NCBI GenBank assembly: GCA_903813345.2
Contig: CAIIXF020000001.1
Span: 6,820,001-6,884,000 of the forward strand
From: Owenia fusiformis
Taxonomy: Eukaryota
Direction: 5' to 3'
DNA: 64,000 nt
A program made the translations under genes and the position numbers. The notes beneath the pieces are model-generated. The model saw only the letters and a list, made by a program, of their open reading frames with translations. It ran no database searches and was not told the DNA's origin. Shown here piece by piece: positions 54,901-64,000 of the stretch; position 1 is the stretch's first letter; every line of letters begins with the position of its first letter.

Positions 54901-57900
54901 ATTATTTTTGATATGTTTGTTGATTTTTCTGGGCCCACCATGTACATGTATATCTTAATTCTCTGTAATTAAAATTCGTAAATATTTGATGAAACAAAAG
55001 AATAAACAAAGAAACAAACCTTCATTTGGTAGAACTTGTAGAGACAAAGGTCTGTGAGATAGGGGTTTGTCACAAAATGAAGGTGAGAGACAATGTCTGG
55101 ATTAGCAACTTTCTTCTTAACTCCTTCATCATCATATTCCTCTTCCTCGTCATCATCACCTTCATATTCGCTATCCAGCTCTCTCTTACGCTCATCGAAC
55201 TCTTTCTTCGCTTCTTTTTTCTAAGGTGGCACAAGAATTCAAAAATAATAGAGGCAATGATTTTCTTAATATGGTCAAATGAAGGCTCTAGGTGACATTG
55301 CGTTTAAGAGTTCCATTTCTTTGTCAGGAAAAAGGGAAAATGAATATACAGTATTTATAAGCTTGCATTTGGATATTGATTTGCTTTGAACATGCAGCAT
55401 ACAAGTAGTTGTCTGAAACTGTTCAGATGTTTTAACTGTTATACGGACATTGTCCTACAAGGTACAGACTTTCTGGAAGTGCAAATGGGGAAACAGTACA
55501 TAAAAGAGCGATTCACTCTTACTGAATAAAAGAGAGATTACATGGAGTGGTGAATTAAGCTACAGTACATGTACCTGTGTGTTATTGGGAGCAACCTCTC
55601 CGAGACCTATTCTTTGTATAACATCCTAAAATGTACAAAAAGAAAAAGGGGTGTTCTAAAGGAAAATACTTATTACTTTAAATTGGACATATAAAGGAGC
55701 TAAAGCATACAAAATGTGGCTTTTTGGATTTTGGATGTTAAAATTGCCAATTTCTTAAAAAATCCCAAGAATTTAGATAGACAGATGCTCACAAAATCCC
55801 ATAGCCTCAGCACCTAGCCTCACAAATAAATATACAATTTTCTTTATTCAAATTTCTTTAAATCTCATAGTTTGTACATCTACTTCACATACAGGCTGGC
55901 TAAAGTGAACATGAAATGGTGGGTCGGGGAATTTACAAAAATGTACTGAATTATCAGTCACCAATACTTAAGAATGTATATAAAAGTGTCTATTTTATTT
56001 GAAACATTTATAAAAACCGAATCCAAAGAAAAAAACAAGTGAGTGATAGCTATAGCTCACCATGTGAGCTGACAATACAGCAACTTTGACACTTATCGAG
56101 ATTACTGAGCAATGTAGAAATAATAGACAGCAGTGCAACATAAGAAAAAGTTCAAAGCTTCAAGCTACAGGGGTCAGATGAATTTTTAGCCATAGGATTT
56201 GGAAATGAACATTGTAATTGATCCAGATTCTTCATTCAATTTTGAAAGCTATGTTATTAAATATTTTGTTTGAAAGCTTGTTTGAAAGTTTATTCACTAA
56301 TGGTCTATATCCAAAAGAAAATAAATAGAACCAGCTTATATTTTTATTCTGAAACCATAGAGATGGTGTGATTTTCAAGAAATTTCGGAAAAAAAATCGC
56401 AAGTTCCCACCATCCTAACTCAGCCACTTTACCCCGATCACCTCGATTTTGGCACCAATAATGATCTATTATCTGTAGCTAATAGGTACAGTTATAAAAA
56501 AATAGTTTTTTTTGGTAGAGAAGTACCGGAAAAAATCCAGAGGGGGGTCATCCGATCCCCCCCTGTAGACATTAGGGTTAAACTATGAAAAAATTTTAGG
56601 AGCATATTTTAACATGTTCTATTACAACTTGTTTAGGGATATACTCACCTCCCAGCCATCTAAGGCGTAACATCCATTCTCTCTGAGTCGTATTCTTGAT
56701 GCAAAGTCATTGGGATACAATGAGTCATCCAGGATGATACCATCTAAAACAGGTACACGTAATTAAACAAGGCATTAACATGTCACCACTTAGTTGAAGC
56801 AAGATAAAAAAGACCTTTTTGACCTTGAGGAGGTCATTAAAGGTCAAATCTATTTTGACCTTCAGAATGTCATTGAAGGCCAAATCTATAGTGAGATTTG
56901 AAATGTTGAGAACTTGTAGATGATTTTGAAAAAAAATTGGTCAATTTGCATGTGCTAAATACGTGCCCATTAACTATGCGGTGATGTCAGAGAAAATGAC
57001 CACATAGAAAGTCATCCGTATTTTGACAACGAATTCTGACTGGCTCAGTGAGATAAACTGAAAGAGTGAAGATCTCTTCTAAGAAGTGAAGTTGAATGAA
57101 TGCAAAGGGTGTCTTTTTTCTAAAAAGCAATAACAAAATTTCAAAGTTGTTTTCTTGAAATTAACTAAGGTTACTAATCTATCCAGTGAGCAAAAATGAA
57201 AAAGATTCTGCTGATCATGGGAATCAAAATATTATCTAATGAAATAATTATGTAATATACTGTTACATTTAAGCATAAAATTACAATATTGAATACACTA
57301 TCATTAATTAATTCTTCGGCTTTCCAGGGAGGCCAGGGAGTATAACGTATTCTCTCTAATAAATTCACAGTGGGTCTCCCAAATTCTCCTGTAGGAACAG
57401 TAAGAGCTGTCTCAAATGACAAAATTCCCAGGGATTTTTCTTAAGGTAAATATATGGACTTAGATTTCATAATTACAATAGTATTATTTTGTAACTACAT
57501 GTACCTCTCTTGTAGAGTAGCCAGTCTGCTTCATAACTCTTGACATCAACAGAGTCCAACAATTCCCTGTCTTTTTCTAACTCTGTTTCTGAAATTAACA
57601 TAGTACATGTATATGCCAAATTAAGGTGTACCTTACTTAAGTGGACATATTCAATGGTATTGATAGTCAAGTTAAAAGGGATATGTCCCCAATATTTGGA
57701 GATATCTAACAAAATGAACAATGCTCCCAATTTTAGGGTATTGGAGCATTGCTGTGGACCCCATTTCTCAAACATGAAAATCAAGGTTTTCTCAAGTTTC
57801 AGTTTTACCTAAAAATCCGAATTGATCATTTACATGCATACAAGGCCAGGTGACATTATGGACCAGCTACGATTGCTAGATGAAAAGATTCCTTCAAACA

Positions 57901-58789
57901 TAACATAGTACTATGCATGACTGACGAAACAGCCCTTAGCTAGTCCTGCATGAAGAAAATTTGAACATACCTGCTTCATTTGACGCAGTTGGGGCATTTG
58001 GTGCAAAGGGAAGCTTAAGAGCAGCCCTTATGGCTTGATTGAATACATCACTAACATTGTGACCTGTTAAAGCTGAGCATTCCATGTAGCCATAAGCACC
58101 AGTCAGATTTACACACAATTCAAAGTCCTTTTTTGAAATAAATGGTTTGGGAGATTCACCATCTTCTACTTTTTTGTCCCTCGCGTCACAACATGTTCCA
58201 ACAATTAGAATCGGGACACCATGGCAATGGTGTCGTAGTTCAGGAATCCATTTATCTTTGATGCTATTCAACCCTTCCAAACTCTGCACAGATGTGGTTA
58301 CTACGAAGACATCTGTATTAGGATAGGATAGGGGGCGCAACCTGTCATAGTCCTCTTGTCCAGCGGTGTCCCATAATCCTAAGCTGATCTAAGCAAACAA
58401 AATATTTCTTATATCATTATATTATTATATCAGATATTATATCAGATAAAACTTGCTGTTATGCATAGTCCAGGTTAAAACATGGGCTTTCAATTACAGT
58501 TGAAAGCCCATGGTTAAAATAACAATTCATGTGGATCTATTACATTGACTTGGCTGCTTATAACATTTTAGACTTCAAATCAAGAACTTACATTGTTACC
58601 AGCAACTATTACATTAGCACTGTAGTTGTCAAATACTGTAGGAATATAATCAGTGGGGAATGCATTGGTCGTGTAGGTTATTAACAGCGCTGTTTTCCCA
58701 GATGAATGATCTCCAACCACCACTAGTTTTATATTCTTTTGTGGCATTTTACCCTTTGATGCCCTGGCAGTTTGTTTTGTCCTTGCCAT
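25465..58789 (-). CDS. Giant Roco-like multidomain protein (>=~2830 aa): H3-tail-like peptide, Rac-like GTPase, LRR_CC, degenerate Roc-COR, Cys-rich motif, SPRY-like, LRR/EF-hand, Roc; 3' end unresolved
   Basis: 44 hand-assembled GT-AG exons with compatible phases and no internal stop: 58789-58592, 58388-57971, 57588-57505, 56743-56649, 55625-55575, 55220-55020, 54776-54660, 53857-53665, 53353-53157, 52810-52688, 52541-52390, 52130-51986, 51707-51471, 50781-50554, 49268-49125, 48821-48620, 48255-48064, 47089-46872, 46630-46410, 46198-46021, 45881-45787, 45447-45305, 45091-44971, 44825-44111, 43894-43775, 43050-43004, 42557-42467, 39122-38908, 38556-38409, 37480-37313, 37146-36920, 36501-36296, 35901-35816, 35454-35176, 34772-34625, 34121-33885, 33651-33539, 33164-32435, 32069-31827, 31459-31271, 31026-30858, 26650-26479, 26094-25948, 25554-25465. 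Individual boundaries may be off. Confidence 0.85.
26825..30150. repeat. Intronic 102-bp tandem repeat (~24 units) in three blocks, with a duplicated ~437-bp spacer
   Basis: Unit GATCAAAGCAATAATGAGAGCATGGACCAAGG...GAGAACTTG with period 102. Spacers at ~27312-27747 and ~28665-29100 are 1353 bp apart. Confidence 0.97.
30950..32860 (-). other. LRR region with embedded EF-hand, preceding Roc
   Basis: [81 protein letters not shown]. Confidence 0.85.
37662..38403. mobile_element. Transib-like MITE, 742 bp, with ~300-bp TIRs
   Basis: CACCCTATGC...GCATAGGGTG with 5-bp TSD CATAC (37657-37661 and 38404-38408). Confidence 0.85.
39282..40495 (-). mobile_element. 5'-truncated L1/Tx1-type LINE in an intron
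   Basis: FKFIW..G...[20 protein letters not shown] and [17 protein letters not shown] (zf-RVT-like), a frameshift near 39910, and a poly(A)-like tail at 39282-39299. Confidence 0.85.
40975..41834 (+). mobile_element. Satellite-carrying HINE-like element
   Basis: Subterminal IR ATCCCATCGAAC / GTTCGATGGGAT, ~136-150-bp tandem units and (GACG)n at 41765-41790. Confidence 0.75.
42200..42430 (-). mobile_element. Non-LTR retrotransposon C-terminal CCHC fragment
   Basis: [23 protein letters not shown], just downstream of an exon donor site. Confidence 0.65.
47852..48028. mobile_element. pogo/Tigger-like MITE
   Basis: TA-CAGTAAAACCT ... AGGTTTTACTG-TA. Confidence 0.75.
53924..54059. repeat. Imperfect palindromic repeat element
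   Basis: ATATAATGGTTGATTCCATATATCGT pairs with ACGATATACAGAATCAACCACTATAT, with inner ACTCA/TGAGT stems. Confidence 0.55.
57971..58735 (-). other. Rac/Rho-family GTPase domain (exons 1-2 of the giant gene)
   Basis: [85 protein letters not shown]. No CAAX. Confidence 0.95.
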
Positions 58790-59631
58790 GTTTAGATCAG
58801 AATTCCTCCTTCGCTGAAATCAATGGTACGAAAGAGATGACATATGGCTCTTTTGAAACATTTGTAATTTGTTGATTTTGGGTATTTAGATCTACATGTA
58901 CTGAAATATGCTTGGAGATTAATAAATTCCATATAATTTCATTTCATCCTAGTGATATATCTTCATAGTTCTGCAAAAGTTGCAATAATGCAGTCCTGAA
59001 ATTCCATGTTTAATGTTCTTTCATGTTCAGAAGATTTTATGGTAGATTACTTAAGTAGACTGTTTATAAATATTATAGATCTATTTTCTAAAAAGTAGGT
59101 CACTGGATCTTCTTAATTAGCATACATTGCAGAAAATGATTAATACATGTAGTCAACTGTTACTCAAATTAATACTCAAATGCAGGAACATTTATGTACT
59201 TTTTGCAAAACGGAAAGATGTAGACAATGTATGAAATCAGGTTTGTGTGCCTGCAATTAAGATTGAAACCTGGGCATAGAAGCCAATAAGATTTCTGAAC
59301 ACTGTTATGAAACATTTTGATTTACTCCTGATATGAAAGAAAAACATCAAATTTTCATTGAATAAGGATTCCATTTCCAGGGGTTATATGATGTGGATTT
59401 ACATGTACTTCTTGCAAAGGCTGTCTGCTGGTTTATTTACTGTACATATTCATGTACATCTAGCAGGTCAATCAACCTTTAAAAGAGGTAAATGTGGATC
59501 ACAAGTCAAATCAGGGGTAAAACAAAAGGTTCCTTCAGAATAAGTCTACCTAAATTGTGATGAAGATAATAATGTAAAGTTACGCACAAAGCCACTTTCA
59601 GAGAGATGGCTTTGGATATCTTGATATTCCC

Positions 59632-59791
59632 CACAGGAAGTTGTATTAAGTCCTTTTTGGGCTCGACGGAGCCTTTTGCCCTTTCCCACTCTCAGAACAG
59701 ATGTAATACAGATGTTATACATCTGTCCTGAGAGTGGGGAAGGGCAAAAAGCTCTGTTAGGCCCAAAAAGGACTTGATACAACTTCCTGTG
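59632..59791. mobile_element. 160-bp fold-back MITE, P-element-like ends
   Basis: CACAGGAAGTTGTA...TACAACTTCCTGTG with 8-bp TSD ATATTCCC. Nearly fully self-complementary. Confidence 0.8.
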
Positions 59792-60239
59792 ATATTCCCA
59801 GTGCTTACTCACTTCGAGAGCCATGTTATTTAGACCTTTAAAGGTCTTCGACACAAATTACAGTTACACTTACATGTACATGTTAGCCTAAAGAAGGCCC
59901 TTTATCATGTATATTACTCTACCGAGCTGTTTGAAAGCCCGTGGTAGGCCTAAGCCCTAGGGCTAGACTATATCCTATTTAGTCTTCTAGTCAGTCTGTT
60001 GGATACATACTAGCCTAAGCCTTACAATGATGGCTATGTGCAAATATACTAACCTAAGCTCTATGAATTCTGAAAACAAACTTGCATTTGCTGAATTCTG
60101 GACAAAAATATTTGATTTTACACAATCTATAGACGACTGCATGTTTTATAAATCTCCATTGCTCAATTGGATTGTAACCGACGCATGTTTTTGGTGCTGG
60201 GCAGTCTAAATGATCTATTTATTCCTGTGTAAACTTTTC

Positions 60240-60720
60240 ATGTGTTTACTGGAGCGACGGTGTCCCAAAACTTTTGCTTATCAGTAACTCTTGACCTTGA
60301 GCTAAGCCTACATTTACCGAGATTTATTAACGTTTGGTCATTTTATCTATTATCAAATTTTATTTGTTTATTAAACGATGTACAACTAGTCTTTATTACA
60401 CGGTGAATCCAAAAACAATCAAATATTCACTCATGTTTTAACCCGGGCGTTTTAAAAGATCAAAGGATAGATTTGATACACCAACACGGAAGTTGTAAGA
60501 CGTATTTATTCCCGGTTATTTATTTGGACATATTTCTCCCTTTTATCAACATGATTTAGCCCTTGGAAATGGATCAGTAATTCAGTGAAAGTTTGGTATC
60601 TTTCTTGATATATTTTGATATGAATACATAAGTTCATATATCATGGGAAAGTTGCATGAAATATGAACGTTGGCCAGAAGTCAGAAACACCGGAAGTAAA
60701 CAAAATGAGAATGGCAAGTC
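60240..60720. promoter_or_regulatory. Candidate bidirectional promoter
   Basis: Lies between the divergent genes. Local CpG retention, ETS-like ACGGAAGT (60486) and CCGGAAGT (60690), and a candidate minus-strand donor at 60053. Confidence 0.4.
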
Positions 60721-60890
60721 ATGTTTCATATACTCTAGTCTATTTGATTGCTATTTTAGATATTCTGTATACGTATATTTTACTTAACATTTGACACACA
60801 ACGTTTGGTGGTTAGAGTCAAGCCAGCATTTTCGAGTTTCAAACTGGCCTGAACTGTAAAATTTCTAGATTCCCTCAATTCCTGTTCATA

Positions 60891-61127
60891 CAGTTCGGGA
60901 CATAAATAAATGACAGGTGGATTTGCTGAAGTGAGAATTTCCCATGTTAAAAATAAGAGAATTTTCAAGAGGCCATACATCAGTGGATGAGATTATACAG
61001 AATGTGAAATATACAAATTTTAAGGGATATGTATCTAGACAATATTGGAAATTATGGACTTTCAGACGACCATAATTAGGAAATGGTGATCGAAAATCCA
61101 CCTGTCATTTATTTTTGTCCCCAACTG
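60891..61127. mobile_element. Tc1/mariner-type MITE
   Basis: TA-CAGTTCGGGACATAAATAAATGACAGGTGGATTT ... AAATCCACCTGTCATTTATTTTTGTCCCCAACTG-TA. Confidence 0.8.
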
Positions 61128-61870
61128 TACATGATAATATCATATTATATGTACATGTATATATTCATGACCATTGCCACACCTTCTATAAACTGTGAAC
61201 AAAGTAATATTTCACCAGATATGTATCCGCCACTGCACCTGGTATTTATTCGCAGACACTGGACCTGGTATTACGTGTAATCTGAGACTAACAGAAATAG
61301 ATAATAATATTAATTTATATTATAAATATATATTATAATATTATAGATATTCATGTTAGTCTCAGGTGTAATGTATGATGTCATAATGGCAAGCCCAAGT
61401 AATGGCGGGCCATCATGATAATTCGAAAAATGTGATAAAGCGATCATGATGGACCTGAAATACCTCTGGTACATGTATCTTCCAGTAAAATTGCGAAGCT
61501 GCATCCCCTTTTTTGAATGTCTAACCAGCCTGCTGCATACCAAGGCATATATATCTATACTTGTACATTTTAACCTTATCGTACTGAAGTAGCGGAGAAT
61601 GTGCAGCAACTTCAGATAGTGATATAATATATAAAAGTACATTTACATGTTCAAGGGGATTGATTGTTGTTTCTTTAGAGAGGAAATGGAAGACAACAAC
61701 GTGTTAATGATTCATGTAGTGTGTGGGTAGTGTGAGGGTAAAAGGTCAATGTTTCTCATACAAAAGCTTTGAATGAGGGTCTCACCACAAACATGGCTGA
61801 CACTCCTGAAATTACAAGAGGCCACAGCTGCACATAAACTAATTATCTTTATTTGTATATGAATTTGCAG

Positions 61871-63853
61871 ATGGATGCCAAGAATTTGTTAAAGAAATTT
61901 CATGAACTTCAGGAGGAGAGGGTGGAAGCCTACAGACTATTTGAAGAGTATGTATGATTAGTTCAACAAACTCGAACTCTGTTTCTAATATTGTTATGTC
62001 TAACCTGCCAACAAGACAGTACAATAATAGGTCCATCACATTAAGATTTACATTTAGATTACACTTCTTGGTTTAAGCACCTTGGTAAAGGTAGATCCGT
62101 AGAAATGTAGATATGTAGCTAGAAATTATAATCATGAATATTAGTCAAATATTTGAGTAAATTGTCCAAAATATTATCACAACTCACCTCTGGTCCTTAA
62201 AGATTACTTCATTTAATACACTTATTATCTATCTTATGGAAGTACTATGTTTTTCTAACAAATTGAAAATTTAATTTGATTACACTTGTTCTTTTACAGG
62301 GGTTTCCAAGCCTACATAAAATGTGCTCCAAATTATAATTTTCCAATGTACAGACAGTTGGTTCATGAAATCACTCAAGGATTCAAAAAGATATCTGAGG
62401 AGATTGTCAAAATACAGCAAGATTTTGTGGAACTACAGTCAATGCCAAATGTGGCTACATTCATTGAAAAAATACAAGAGGATGAAAAACAAAAACTAGA
62501 GTTGGTGAGTTCACTCAGTAAAATTGGCATGTCAAATCAATCCTTACCTTGCTTGCTTTTATAAAGATGAATAGTTATATGCTAAGAGTGATATGCTTAC
62601 AGAAGGAACATTATTGGTAAGATGCTAAGAAATCAATCATTGATCAGTAAGATGCTATAAGATCAATTATTGATCAGTAAGATGCTGTAAGATCAATTAT
62701 TAATCAGTAAGATGCTAAAAAGATCAATCATTGATCAGTAAGATGCAAGAAGATCACTTAATGATCAGTAAGATGCTTAAAGATCACTCTTTGATCAGTA
62801 AGATGCTAAAGGATCAAACACTGATCAGTTAGATTCTAAAAGATCAGTCATTGATCAGTTAGATGCTAAAAGATCAAACACATGAGAAAAATAAATACAT
62901 TTAAATATTCCAGACAGTGAAGCTTCAATTAGCAACACAGAACAGCATAGACCACTCAGATACTCAGTCATACAAAGAGGAATGTGAAGATCTCAAGCAA
63001 AGGTAAATAATAATATATCTGGAATAATACATATTGGTTTTATTTTGACATTCCCAATAATGCTATTTAACCAGGCTTTATTTTCCCAGGTTACCCTGTA
63101 TTTCTGTTTCTTAGGAGATGATGAAATGACAATATAGAGCACATGTGCTTCATTAAAGTTTTAAAATATTAAAAAAATTACAAAAACGATCTTTGTTTGC
63201 TTTCATTAAAAATTGTTGTTTGTAAGATAAGTTTACATGTGACAATGACCAATCTATTTGTTTTTTTGTCCATCCATCAATACTCTCCAGCCATGAATGA
63301 TTGCTAGTATACCTGGCATCCATCTGAACTCAATGCTCATATCCATATATGGGTCCATAATGGTAATTTACACCATTGATCCCAGTTTGAAATTTTGCCT
63401 CGTTTTGGGTAAATAATTTTTTTTCAGAATATCACAGTTTTGACAATACACGAGTCTGTATCATTTAAAGTGTTCCAAAATCAGATAATATAATGTTACA
63501 ACTTACAATTGATATTGAGAAGCGTGTGTCAGTGTGTCAGATTTCTCTTGACATTCCATACATTTTGCAAAAAGACGTTTTCTTAAAGTTTGCTATCCTT
63601 CATGTATACCAAATTGTTAGTCCATTTGTGAATAAAAGAATCATAAGTAATTTTTACACTTTTGCTGAGAATAATCTTGAACTTAAAAGCAAAGATCTAC
63701 AGTTTATTATACTCATTCACACCTGTTTAGAGGTCTTTAATTTTCCCTGTGATCTTTCTTTGTTTCAGTATGAAGGAAACAATAGAACAAATAAACGAGC
63801 ACATAGAAGAACTGAAGTATGAAACTGAAGATCTGTTTTCTCAAGACACATAG
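61871..63853 (+). CDS. REX1BD: REX1BD / C19orf60-like protein
   Basis: Phase-compatible exons 61871-61947, 62300-62504, 62914-63002 and 63769-63853: MDAKNLLKKFHELQEERVEAYRLFEEGFQAYI...YRQLVHEITQGFKKISEEI...IQEDEKQKLELTVKLQLA...IEQINEHIEELKYETEDL. A short upstream exon may exist. Confidence 0.8.
62615..62880. repeat. ~30-bp intronic minisatellite
   Basis: About 9 copies of GATCAGTAAGATGCTAAAAGATCAATCATT. Confidence 0.9.
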
Positions 63854-64000
63854 GAAAATGAAAGAATATTCAGAGACATATAAAATATCTCTGGAATATT
63901 TGCCTACAGTATACAGGGACAAAAATAATAGAATTTATTTTTAAATAATATTTTGGTTTTATTACACTCTATGCAATGAAATTGAACTTTTTTCAATTGA

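Noticed and set aside
57174-57422. ORF as an additional exon
   Set aside because: No convincing splice sites, and the flanking exons join in phase without it.
58580-58789. Histone H3 gene or pseudogene
   Set aside because: Similarity stops after ~17 residues. No histone fold follows, and the frame continues as a Rac domain.
57936-58789. Stand-alone Rac1-like gene ending in ...SSCRTS
   Set aside because: CRTS comes from reading through a good GTATGT donor at 57970 and lacks a polybasic region, and phase-compatible exons continue downstream. A short intron-retaining isoform cannot be fully excluded.

Overview
AT-rich animal genomic DNA with spliceosomal introns and a repeat landscape typical of a marine invertebrate (lophotrochozoan-like; taxon is a guess). 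The left part holds a tandem pair of intronless UDP-glycosyltransferase genes (6648-8246 intact; 14642-16881 broken by a 633-bp hAT-type MITE with 8-bp TSD), plus a third 3' relic, among many nested MITEs, satellite-carrying Helentron-like elements and LINE/Penelope fragments. The middle part is one very large minus-strand gene. I assembled it by hand into 44 GT-AG exons with consistent phases (58789 down to 25465, about 2830 aa, 3' end not found). Its architecture is: histone-H3-tail-like N-terminus ([18 protein letters not shown]), atypical Rac/Rho GTPase, Cys-containing LRRs, degenerate Roc-COR, MYCBP2/Highwire-like Cys-rich motif, split SPRY-like domain, about 650 aa unassigned, LRRs with an embedded EF-hand, and an intact Roc GTPase. 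This H3-tail/Rac/double-Roc Roco-like fusion is the best candidate for an undescribed system. At the right end is a divergently transcribed REX1BD (C19orf60)-like gene. All domain calls come from motifs recognised by eye; no searches were run.
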